A stretch of 64,000 nucleotides of DNA from Gemmatimonadota bacterium. Its GTDB lineage: Bacteria > Gemmatimonadota > Gemmatimonadetes > Gemmatimonadales > GWC2-71-9. Positions 54,918-64,000 of this stretch are shown piece after piece. Made by a program: the position numbers and the translations under genes. The DNA is taken from contig JBGPPG010000002.1 of assembly GCA_041488455.1 (NCBI GenBank), forward strand, positions 8,662 through 72,661, read 5' to 3'. The notes under the pieces were generated by a model. That model was not told the DNA's origin. It searched no databases and worked only from the letters and a program-made list of their open reading frames with translations. Positions within the stretch are counted from its first letter, which is position 1; each line of letters opens with the position of its first letter.

Positions 54918-56183
54918 TCAGCTCTTCGGCTCGAGCCCCGCCGCCCGGCGACACGGTTCCGCATAGGCCGGCTCCACCGCCGCGCACAGCGTCCGGCGCT
55001 CTGCGGAAGACGCGAAGTTGGTCAGCACGCCCGCGGTCGTCCGGTAGCACGCTTCCTTCCAGCCGGCCGGTGACGCCGCGCAGAACCGCACCGCCCGCCC
55101 CCCGGACCAGTCCATCTGTACCAGCGCGCGAGCCGCACCGGCGGCGCAATCCTGGCCAAGCTCAGGCCGGCCCCGCCCGCATTGCTCGATGATCCACCCG
55201 TCATCGCGTTGGAGCAGCCCTGTGACCTGGAACCCGACGCTCTCATAGCAGAGCCCCACGCGGCCGCCGGGCGCCTGATCGCAGGTGCGCAACGCCGCTG
55301 CCGCCTCGAAGTTCCGGGACCGAAGGATGACGAATCCCTGAAAGACCCAACACTCTGCCCCGTAGGGATCCTCAAATCGGTCGCACGGGCTGTAGGGATC
55401 CTTCGGGTCGATCGCGAGCTGATGCCCCGAACCCAAGGCGTGGCCCGCATGGCTTCCGTGGTCCACGCCGGCATGATGGGCGTGCCCGCCCGCGCCATCG
55501 AGTTTCGATTCCCCCAACGCCGAGTTGATCGCCTCCATGAACGCACCGGAATAGCACGGTCCCGCACGGCCTCCGGACAAGCCGTCGCAGTCGTGGAGCG
55601 CCGCCTCGAGATCGAAACCCGTCGCGCCAAGCACCCCGTGGCCCAAGCCGTGGATGCACTCGTGCACCGGGCCCGGCCGCTCCTCGCTCCCCGCCCCGAG
55701 GCACATACGCTCGAGCTCCGCCATATCGACCCGGCCCCGTGTCTGCACCGCGGCCTCGACGACCCCGTGAAAGCAGCCGGAGGCGAAGTCGGACCGGCAC
55801 TGCCGGATCACCGATGCATCACCACCGTTCGCCGCGACCGCCATTCGGCCCAGGGCGTGGGCCAGCTGATGCCCGCCCCGCAGCACCGTGCTGTCCTCGG
55901 CGGCGGCCCGATCGAGTGCATCCAGTGCTGCCGGCAGGCCGTCCCGCTGGAGCGCGCCGAACGCTGCCGCAACGCGGAGGTCGCTCGCCGTGGGCCGGGT
56001 CCAGTCGATCGCACCCGGCTGGTGCCCGGCGGCGGCAGCTCGCCCCGGTGTGAGCCGGCGGCTCAGGAGCGCGCCGACCAGCGCCCCGTCAGCGAAGAGC
56101 AACAGGGCGATGAAACCGAGGAACCATTGGCGACGCCGCCCCAGTGACGTCCCGCTATGGGCTTCGTTTGGGGGGCTAGTCAC
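54918..56183 (-). CDS. membrane-anchored cysteine-pair repeat protein with His-rich insert (uncharacterised)
   Basis: N-terminal TM WFLGFIALLLFADGALVGALL. Eight Cys pairs, six of them exactly C-x10-C, each followed by an aromatic-x-G motif. Insert GGHAHHAGVDHGSHAGHALGSGH. Confidence 0.65.
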   Translation of the reverse strand: MTSPPNEAHSGTSLGRRRQWFLGFIALLLFADGALVGALLSRRLTPGRAAAAGHQPGAIDWTRPTASDLRVAAAFGALQRDGLPAALDALDRAAAEDSTVLRGGHQLAHALGRMAVAANGGDASVIRQCRSDFASGCFHGVVEAAVQTRGRVDMAELERMCLGAGSEERPGPVHECIHGLGHGVLGATGFDLEAALHDCDGLSGGRAGPCYSGAFMEAINSALGESKLDGAGGHAHHAGVDHGSHAGHALGSGHQLAIDPKDPYSPCDRFEDPYGAECWVFQGFVILRSRNFEAAAALRTCDQAPGGRVGLCYESVGFQVTGLLQRDDGWIIEQCGRGRPELGQDCAAGAARALVQMDWSGGRAVRFCAASPAGWKEACYRTTAGVLTNFASSAERRTLCAAVEPAYAEPCRRAAGLEPKS

Positions 56184-56401
56184 AGGCGGATCCCAACGCT
56201 GCCATTAATAGTATACGTGACTACTACTATCGAAAGAGACATGGCCCATCGTGGGTTGAGGCGTGTCCCGACCCGTGCCGATCGCTCCCCGCCCGCCAAG
56301 CCGCTGACTGGAAACGGGTTATCAGGATGGCGGCAAGCCAGGTCGAAAATCACTAAGCGACCACACCTGTAACTTATTGATAAACATTGCGTTATATTTG
56401 C

Positions 56402-56431
56402 TTGACTTCGCTAGTACCGCCCGGGTAATTC
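56402..56431 (+). promoter_or_regulatory. sigma70-type promoter candidate immediately upstream of ptrB (would give a near-leaderless mRNA)
   Basis: TTGACT (56402-56407), 18-nt spacer, TAATTC (56426-56431). ATG at 56439. No Shine-Dalgarno in between. Confidence 0.3.
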
Positions 56432-56438
56432 CGCTGTC

Positions 56439-58571
56439 ATGCACGAGAAACCCGTTTCTGCCGACCGCCTCCGCCGCCTTCCCTCAGGCTCAGCTGCCGC
56501 CCTGAGTCTGCCAGTTCCGAGCCGCCACCGGCCCCAGCTGGCGGCCGACCCGGAGCCACCCCGTGCGCGGCCCGTCTCCTGGTTCGAGCAGCGGCACCAG
56601 GACGTCCGGGAAGACGAATTCCACTGGCTCCGGAACCGCTGGGATCCATCGGTGCTCACCTACCTCGGGGCCGAGAACGCCTACGCGGACGCCGCGATGG
56701 TGCACACCCAGCCGCTCCAGGAGCAGCTGTACCGGGAGCTGATCGGACGGACCGAGGAGACCGACACCTCGGTCCCGGAGCCGCTGGACGAATGGCTCTA
56801 CTATACGCGCGTCGAACCCGGCCGGCAGTATCCCGTCCATTGCCGCAAACGCGGACTGGACGCCCCGGAGCAGTTGCTGCTCGACCTCAACCAGCTCGCC
56901 GCAGGTCACCCGCACCTTCGCCTCGGCGCGAGCGAGCCGAGCCCCGATCACCGCTATCTCGCCTTCGCGGTGGACTTCTCCGGCGATGAGTCCCACACCC
57001 TCTTCATCCGTGACCTCGCCACCGGTGAGCTCTTGCCGCAGCGCATCGGGAGCGCTGCGCCCTCGCTGGCCTGGGCCGACGACGGCTCTCTCTTCTACGT
57101 GGTGGTGGACGAAGCCCGGCGGCCCTGCGCGTTGCTCCGGCACCGTCCTGGCACCGACCCCGCGGATGACGTCCAGGTGTACGCCGAGGCAGACGAGGCG
57201 TTCGTTCTCGACGTGGCGCGGAGCCGGAGCCGCCGCTGGATCTTCCTCGAGAGCGCGAGCGGCACCACTACCGAAATCCGGGGTATCCGGACCGACCGGC
57301 CGGAGGTCGACCCGGTCGTGCTGCTGCCGCGCCAGGCCGGCGTGGAGTACGCGATCGCACACCGAGCGGATCGCTTCTACATCCTCACGAACCGGGACGC
57401 GGAGAACTTCCGCGTCGTCGAGGCTCCGGAGGCCGAGCCTCACTGCTGGCGCGAGCTGCTGCCGCACCGCCCTGCGGTGAAGCTCGACGCGATCGACGCC
57501 TTCCGGGACCATCTGGCGGTCTGGGAGCGGGAGGACGGTCTGCCGCGGGTTCGAATCGTGGAGCTTGCGAGCGGGGCGGAGCACCGGATCGAGCTTCCCG
57601 AACCCGCGTACACCATCCACCGCGCGGCCAACCCGGAGTTCGCCACCTCCGTGCTGCGGCTCGCCTACGCGTCGCTGGTGACACCGTTCACTGTCGCTGA
57701 CTACGACATGACCACCCGCGCGCTCGATATCCGCAAGCGGACCCCCGTTCGCGGCTACGATCCCTCGCGGTACCTCGCGGAACATCTCACCGCCACGGCG
57801 CCGGACGGCACGGCGGTGCCCGTGTCGCTGGTCTACCGCTGGCCCTTCCCGCTCGACGGGAGCCGGCCCGCGCTGCTGCTGGGGTACGGAGCGTACGGCG
57901 CCTCGTTCGACGCCGCGTTCTCACCCCACTTCCTGAGCCTGCTCGACCGGGGCTTCGTCGTGGCGATCGCGCACGTGCGAGGGGGCGAGGAGCTGGGCCG
58001 GCGCTGGTACGAGGGCGGACGGCTGCTCCAGAAGCGGAACAGTTTCACCGATTTTATCGCAGCGGCAGAGCATCTGATCGCGGAGGGCTACACGGCCGTG
58101 GACCGGCTCGCGATCAACGGAGCGAGCGCGGGTGGGCTCCTGATGGGCGCGGTGACGAACCTCCGCCCCGACCTCTTTCACGCGGTCGTGGCGGAGGTGC
58201 CATTCATGGACGTGCTGAACACGATGCTCGACCCGTCCCTGCCGCTCACCGTCCCGGAGTACGAGGAGTGGGGTGATCCGGCAGATCCGGCGGCGTATGC
58301 CTATATGCGGTCCTATTCACCCTACGACAACATCGAGAGCAAGGCGTACCCGCACATGCTGCTCACGGCCGGGCTCAACGATCCCCGCGTGGCCTACTGG
58401 GAGCCGGCCAAATGGACCGCCCGCCTCCGCGCCCGCAAGACCGACCGCAACCGGCTCCTGCTCCGTACCAACCTGGGCGCCGGCCACGCCGGCGCCTCGG
58501 GCCGCTACGACGCGCTGCGCGAAGTGGCCTTCAAATACGCTTTCATCCTGGACGTGCTGGGACTCGACTGA
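56439..58571 (+). CDS. ptrB: oligopeptidase B / S9A prolyl oligopeptidase family serine peptidase
   Basis: N-terminal beta-propeller region (DEFHWLRN...YLGAENAY). Catalytic Ser in NGASAGGLLMG. C-terminal GAGHAGASGRY motif. Confidence 0.9.
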   Translation: MHEKPVSADRLRRLPSGSAAALSLPVPSRHRPQLAADPEPPRARPVSWFEQRHQDVREDEFHWLRNRWDPSVLTYLGAENAYADAAMVHTQPLQEQLYRELIGRTEETDTSVPEPLDEWLYYTRVEPGRQYPVHCRKRGLDAPEQLLLDLNQLAAGHPHLRLGASEPSPDHRYLAFAVDFSGDESHTLFIRDLATGELLPQRIGSAAPSLAWADDGSLFYVVVDEARRPCALLRHRPGTDPADDVQVYAEADEAFVLDVARSRSRRWIFLESASGTTTEIRGIRTDRPEVDPVVLLPRQAGVEYAIAHRADRFYILTNRDAENFRVVEAPEAEPHCWRELLPHRPAVKLDAIDAFRDHLAVWEREDGLPRVRIVELASGAEHRIELPEPAYTIHRAANPEFATSVLRLAYASLVTPFTVADYDMTTRALDIRKRTPVRGYDPSRYLAEHLTATAPDGTAVPVSLVYRWPFPLDGSRPALLLGYGAYGASFDAAFSPHFLSLLDRGFVVAIAHVRGGEELGRRWYEGGRLLQKRNSFTDFIAAAEHLIAEGYTAVDRLAINGASAGGLLMGAVTNLRPDLFHAVVAEVPFMDVLNTMLDPSLPLTVPEYEEWGDPADPAAYAYMRSYSPYDNIESKAYPHMLLTAGLNDPRVAYWEPAKWTARLRARKTDRNRLLLRTNLGAGHAGASGRYDALREVAFKYAFILDVLGLD

Positions 58572-58575
58572 GCCG

Positions 58576-59025
58576 TCAGCGGCCGATTGCCCGCCGCTGG
58601 GGCACCGAGGCGGCGCCCAGCTGCTCCATCATGCCGAGCGTGTCCCAGTTCACCCAGGTCTCCACGATGCGTCCGCCGGCGATCCGATGGATCGAGATGC
58701 CGGTGACCCGGACCTGCCGTCCGTTGGGCGGCAAGCCGCGCAGCGCACCGCGGTGGGTGCCCTGACCGGTCCACCGGGTGATGACCCGGTCGCCGGCGGC
58801 GAGCATTTCGTCGATGGCGAAGCGCAAATCGGGGAAGGCCCGCCGATACATCTTGGCGAGCTGCTTCACCCCTTCCGGGCCCGGAGGGACTTCAGGGCTG
58901 ACGGGATCGTGATTGACGTAGTCGGGAGAGTAGAGCTCGTCCGCCGTGTCGAGGTTGCCGTTGTTCCAGATGTCGTCGAAGCTACGGCGCGCGAGCGCCA
59001 ATATGGATTCAGTGAGCATGAACAC
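58576..59025 (-). CDS. SnoaL-like ester cyclase family protein
   Basis: FDDIWNNGNLDTADELYSPDYVNHDP and the overall ~150-aa NTF2-like pattern. Confidence 0.78.
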   Translation of the reverse strand: MFMLTESILALARRSFDDIWNNGNLDTADELYSPDYVNHDPVSPEVPPGPEGVKQLAKMYRRAFPDLRFAIDEMLAAGDRVITRWTGQGTHRGALRGLPPNGRQVRVTGISIHRIAGGRIVETWVNWDTLGMMEQLGAASVPQRRAIGR

Positions 59026-59040
59026 CTCGTTAGAGCCATT

Positions 59041-59814
59041 CTAGGCCGCCCTCACCCCCGCCCGTCCCAGCCACCGGTCGAGGAGACCTTCCCAGCCGAG
59101 GGTCTGGCGGATTTCGCCGGGCCGCGCGCCGAAGAGGCGCACCGCCTGGCGGCTGAGTGACGAGTGGTCGCTGTACCCGCACTCCACCGCGATCGTGAGC
59201 AGCGACGTTTGCCGCTCCCGCTGCAGGCGCAGGGCCGCGTACACCGCGTGGGCGGCGGCGAGCCATGCACCCGGTCCGGGCAGCTCAGCGCGCTGGAACC
59301 AGTTCCGCACGGTCCGCTCGGGCCGGCCCAGGGCCTGGAGTAATCCGTGGAGCCGGGGGTACGCCGGCGCCTGCCGGAAGATGTCCACGATGAGGCCGCG
59401 GAGCATCGGCGGGGGCGCCACGCCGCGCACCGTCAGCCAGTCTTCCAGCTCGTGCGTGAGGCTTGCGGGGTCGGTGAGCACCGCCTGGAGCGTCTCCCGC
59501 GGCGGCGCGTCGTCGCCCAGCACAGCGCGGATATGAAGCGGCGCCGCGAGCCGGGCCGCCTCGTGCGGATCCACGCCGGTAGCGCCGCGCACCCGGAGCA
59601 CCACCGGTGCGGCGGGGAAGCGGACGCGGAGCCTGGGCGCGAGCGCCGCGACGTCACTCCATCCGTCGTGCCCCGCCAGCTCGATGGCCAGCACGGAGCC
59701 GAGCGGAAGATCGGGCGCGTGGAGCGCATCGAGGTTCGCCACCTCCTCGAAACGCGCATAGGGAGGCGTGAGACGGAAGACGGTCGGGGTCGGCCCGGTG
59801 TGCGCATCCTGCAT
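59041..59814 (-). CDS. AraC family transcriptional regulator
   Basis: C-terminal double HTH (IAVECGYSDHSSLSRQAVRLFGARPGEIR). Immediately upstream of the SnoaL-like gene. Confidence 0.75.
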   Translation of the reverse strand: MQDAHTGPTPTVFRLTPPYARFEEVANLDALHAPDLPLGSVLAIELAGHDGWSDVAALAPRLRVRFPAAPVVLRVRGATGVDPHEAARLAAPLHIRAVLGDDAPPRETLQAVLTDPASLTHELEDWLTVRGVAPPPMLRGLIVDIFRQAPAYPRLHGLLQALGRPERTVRNWFQRAELPGPGAWLAAAHAVYAALRLQRERQTSLLTIAVECGYSDHSSLSRQAVRLFGARPGEIRQTLGWEGLLDRWLGRAGVRAA

Positions 59815-59901
59815 GGCGGCCGGTCCAGCGGAGGGCTGCGTGCACGTTAGCGCCGGAATCGGACGATGGCTAGTAGGGAGCGCCCGACTAGCTTAAGGAC
59901 T

Positions 59902-60501
59902 ATGCCCGCCGACCAACCCATCCGCCGGCTCTGTGTCTTCGCCGGATCCAACTCGGGCACCCGCCCCGAATACGTCACCGCCGCGCGCGCCCTGGGCGAG
60001 GTGATCGCCGCCGAAGGACTCGATCTGGTGTACGGGGGCTCGACCGTGGGACTCATGGGCGAGCTCGCGGCCTCCGTGCTGGAGCACGGCGGCCACGTGT
60101 TCGGCGTCACCGTCACCACCCTCCGCGACCGGGAGCCGCCCAACACCGACATCCCCGATCTCATCGTCGTCGGCTCCATGCACCAGCGGAAATCGCAGAT
60201 GGCGGACATGTCGGACGCATTCATCGCGCTGCCCGGCGGGCTTGGTGCGCTGGAGCAGTTCCTCGAGATCGTGACCTGGGCGCAGCTCGGGTTGCACTCG
60301 AAGCCCTGTGGGATGCTGAATACAGCGGGCTACTTCGACGAGCTGGATCGTTTCCTCGACCACGCGGTGCGAGAGGGGTTCATCACGGAGCAGAACCGGG
60401 AGGGACTGCTGCTCGACGACGACCCGACGCGGCTCGTGGCACGGCTTCGCGCTCACCAGCCGGGTGAGAGCGAGCAGTGGATCGGGAGAACGAACCGCTA
60501 G
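59902..60501 (+). CDS. LOG family cytokinin riboside 5'-monophosphate phosphoribohydrolase-like protein (TIGR00730 type)
   Basis: VFAGSNSG, GGSTVGLMG and the PGGLGALEQFLE motif. Start at ATG 59902 preferred over 59866. Confidence 0.82.
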   Translation: MPADQPIRRLCVFAGSNSGTRPEYVTAARALGEVIAAEGLDLVYGGSTVGLMGELAASVLEHGGHVFGVTVTTLRDREPPNTDIPDLIVVGSMHQRKSQMADMSDAFIALPGGLGALEQFLEIVTWAQLGLHSKPCGMLNTAGYFDELDRFLDHAVREGFITEQNREGLLLDDDPTRLVARLRAHQPGESEQWIGRTNR

Positions 60502-60625
60502 GAGCCTACCGCGCTACCGGCTGGCCAGCCTGGGCCGGTTTGGGCGGCTTGGGGAATCGGCCGCCGATCGCCAGCGTCATCCCCACCCACACCACCGCCG
60601 TGTCCACCCGACCGATGGCTTGCTA

Positions 60626-60640
60626 TGGCCCATCGCTTGC
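60626..60640 (+). promoter_or_regulatory. sigma54 (-24/-12) promoter-like motif upstream of the OM beta-barrel gene
   Basis: TGGCCC-ATCGC-TTGC matches TGGCAC-N5-TTGC with exact GG/GC spacing. It sits in a 290-nt intergenic region about 150 nt before ATG 60792. Confidence 0.35.
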
Positions 60641-60791
60641 GTCAGATTGGTCCGGGTCCGGGGGACGCCGCCCCGCCGTTTCATCAATGAGCGCAACGGT
60701 TTGCGAGATTAGCCGCGCCAGCTGCGGGCACGCCCTGCCGTGGGGGGCGGTCCACGGGCGACGAGTCCGCGCCACAGTGAGGGAGCGATCC

Positions 60792-61451
60792 ATGAAGAGA
60801 GCGCCGGTCCTGCTGGCCCTGCTTGCGCTGCCCGCCGTCCCCCTTGCGGCGCAGGTCTCGGTCGACTTCACGCCGCGCCTCGGGGTCTACGTCCCGCTCA
60901 AGGATCTCACCGTGGGGACCGACGCCACCACAGGCCTCGCCCTGACCCGCCGAGCCGAGACCAAGTTCACGATCGGCGGCCGTCTGGGCGTCTGGGTGGC
61001 TCCGGCCTTCGGCTTCGAGGGCGTCGTGGACTACAACCGCAGCGGGGTCTCTTCCACTCTCGGAGGACTCCCGAATCCTCCCACCCTGAGCTCGCATTTC
61101 TTCTCGACCAGCGGCCGGGCCATGATCCGATTGGGTGCCGGCAGCGGTGTCGCGATGATCCTGAGCGGGGGCGTCGGCCTGGTTGACCGCGGCGGCGATT
61201 TCATCAACGGCGCCAACCCGCCGCTCACTACGCTCAATGGTCGGACCGACATCGCGCCCGCCGCGGGCGTAGCGTTCCTCGTCCGGCTCAGCAGCACCTG
61301 GGCGGCGCGGATCGACGTCGACGGAATCTCCTACCGGGCCGAGTACTCCAACGCGATCCTCGGCTCGACCGGCACGCAGCGGCAGTACGATCTGCTGATC
61401 ACGTTCGGCTTCACCGGACCCGTCAAGAACTACGGCACCCCGGGCGAGTAG
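60792..61451 (+). CDS. small outer membrane beta-barrel protein (OmpW/porin-like)
   Basis: Signal peptide MKRAPVLLALLALPAVPLAAQ. Alternating beta-strand pattern. C-terminal aromatic-rich strand (LLITFGFTG). Confidence 0.72.
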   Translation: MKRAPVLLALLALPAVPLAAQVSVDFTPRLGVYVPLKDLTVGTDATTGLALTRRAETKFTIGGRLGVWVAPAFGFEGVVDYNRSGVSSTLGGLPNPPTLSSHFFSTSGRAMIRLGAGSGVAMILSGGVGLVDRGGDFINGANPPLTTLNGRTDIAPAAGVAFLVRLSSTWAARIDVDGISYRAEYSNAILGSTGTQRQYDLLITFGFTGPVKNYGTPGE

Positions 61452-61481
61452 GAGCCGGCGCGCGGGTATATTTCCCGCGCC

Positions 61482-62359
61482 ATGCGCTCGATCCACACAC
61501 TGCTCCACGGGCTGATCGACTACGCCGGCCTGTTTCCGCCCGCCCAGCTGGACATGGCCGGGGCGGTCGCGGGTTACTCGTCGTATCGGGCCGGCCCCTA
61601 CTGCTGGGCGCTCGGACGCTTCGTCATCCCGGTCGCCCGGCTCGCGGAATTCGCGTCGGCCGCCGCTCCCTGCCTCCCCGCCGCCGGCACACCCTGGAAG
61701 CTCGCCGCCCTCGCGGGGGCCGATCTGCCCGCCGACCTCGTCGCGATCACCGCATTCAATAGTCGCCTGACGGGCCGCGCGCTCGTGGACACGATCGAGC
61801 TGAAGGCGGGAACACCGGACGCGATCGCCGGGGCGCTCGCCGCGGTGGACGCCCGGCTCGACGCGTACGTCGAGATTCCGATCGCCGACGACCCCGCTCT
61901 GCTCGTGGCCGCATTGGCGCGGCACGGCGGCCGCGGCAAGGTGCGCACGGGCGGAGTCACACCGGATGCGTTCCCGGCCCCGGCCGACCTGCTCCGGTTC
62001 CTTCGGCGGTCGCGTGAAGCCGGCGTGCCGTTCAAGGCCACGGCCGGACTGCACCATCCGCTGCGGGGCGCGTACCGCCTCACCTACGCGCCGGACAGCC
62101 CGTGCGCCACGATGTTCGGGTTCCTCAACCTGTTCCTCGCAGCCGCGTTCCTGGACCACGGCCTTGGCTACGCCGAGGGGTTGGCGCTGCTGGAAGAGAC
62201 CTCGGCGGACAGCCTCCGGTTCGAGGAGGAGGGCGTGACCTGGCGCTCCCACCGCCTCGACGACGCCGAGCTGCGCCATGCGCGCCGCCGGAGCGCCCTC
62301 GCCTTCGGCTCCTGCTCGTTCACGGAGCCGATCGACGACCTTCAGGCCCTCAGGCTCCT

Positions 62360-62363
<4 letters not shown>
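61482..62363 (+). CDS. conserved-looking hypothetical protein (293 aa), translationally coupled to fumarylacetoacetase
   Basis: GC3-rich ORF starting MRSIHTLLHGLIDYAGLFPPAQL. I recognise no motif. Its stop overlaps the next gene's GTG (GTGA). Confidence 0.6.
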
Positions 62364-63688
<1,325 letters not shown>

Positions 63689-63757
63689 GGCACAAGGATT
63701 GCCAGTTGCGTGAAGCCAGGAAGGCGGCTGGCGCTAACCCCCGCGAGGTCAACGAGT

Positions 63758-64000
63758 ATGCTGCGATACCTCTATCTCGCCGGTGGCGCCTATCTGGCGA
63801 TCTGCATCGCGGCGCTCCTGCTCCGGACCCCGGCGCCCACGCCGGCGCCGAGACCCGCCCATAGCGGCGGCGGTGCGATCGCGGTCCCGAGCGGCGAGGG
63901 CGACGGCGCATCCTGGTACGCCAGGATGAAGCCCTACTGCAACTCCGTCGAAGTCGAGACGGCCCAGCAGCACTCCCCCGCACCCGACACACCCGACGGG
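63758..64000 (+). CDS. hypothetical membrane-anchored protein, partial (runs off window end)
   Basis: My own translation: MLRYLYLAGGAYLAICIAALLLRTPAPTPAP...WYARMKPYCNSVEVE, open to the window edge. GC3-rich. Not in the ORF track because no stop is present. Confidence 0.4.
   Translation, partial: MLRYLYLAGGAYLAICIAALLLRTPAPTPAPRPAHSGGGAIAVPSGEGDGASWYARMKPYCNSVEVETAQQHSPAPDTPDG

Noticed and set aside
56157-56372. 71-aa ORF in the AT-rich intergenic region, and a possible tRNA there
   Set aside because: No SD, odd composition, and it overlaps the likely promoter region. No T-loop (GGTTCGAATCC-like) or acceptor-stem pairing found.

Overview
Very GC-rich, densely coding chromosomal segment from a diderm bacterium (TamB plus an Omp85 partner, a secretin, lipoproteins). 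I could not assign a phylum from sequence alone. I support about 60 protein-coding genes and found no rRNA, tRNA, CRISPR array, transposase or integrase. Main blocks, in order: (1) minus-strand envelope genes: Omp85/BamA-TamA-like, TamB, a DAG-kinase-like lipid kinase, a sigma54 NtrC-type regulator, a tiny zinc-ribbon ORF and a partial NlpC/P60 peptidase. (2) Housekeeping genes: peptide ABC binding protein plus a single permease, PBP4, SixA, ferredoxin-NADP reductase, PduO-type adenosyltransferase, AroB, a sigma70-family factor, a LON-domain protein, GlcDEF, a HAD hydrolase and YgfZ. (3) A ChlI/MoxR-like ATPase and its vWA partner, separated by an opposite-strand two-gene insert. (4) A complete 10-gene Tad/Flp pilus operon carrying a tightly coupled, uncharacterised 3-gene tail (DUF192, an orphan AAA+ ATPase, a membrane-anchored beta-repeat protein). 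(5) An ~11 kb convergent island of polyprenyl-phosphate-sugar-type envelope modification genes: a GT2 synthase, three GT-C-like transferases, PAP2, an ICMT-like methyltransferase, two paralogous spermidine-synthase-like membrane proteins and a cysteine-pair repeat protein. (6) Oligopeptidase B, AraC plus a SnoaL-like protein, LOG, a small OM beta-barrel, and an unknown protein coupled to fumarylacetoacetase. The most unusual non-genic signal is a family of intergenic elements built from tandem 7-nt units in three flavours: GTGAACA, GTGAGAA and TTAGCCG. The units are usually arranged as inverted arms around a G-run/C-run hairpin. Every unit contains a stop codon, so three consecutive units close all three reading frames. 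Several elements physically contain the stop codons of the flanking genes. Three genes appear to need non-canonical start codons: CTG twice in a CTGA stop/start overlap, and ATT/ATC for the Omp85 signal peptide. Most long antisense ORFs in the supplied track are GC-driven shadow ORFs and were rejected.
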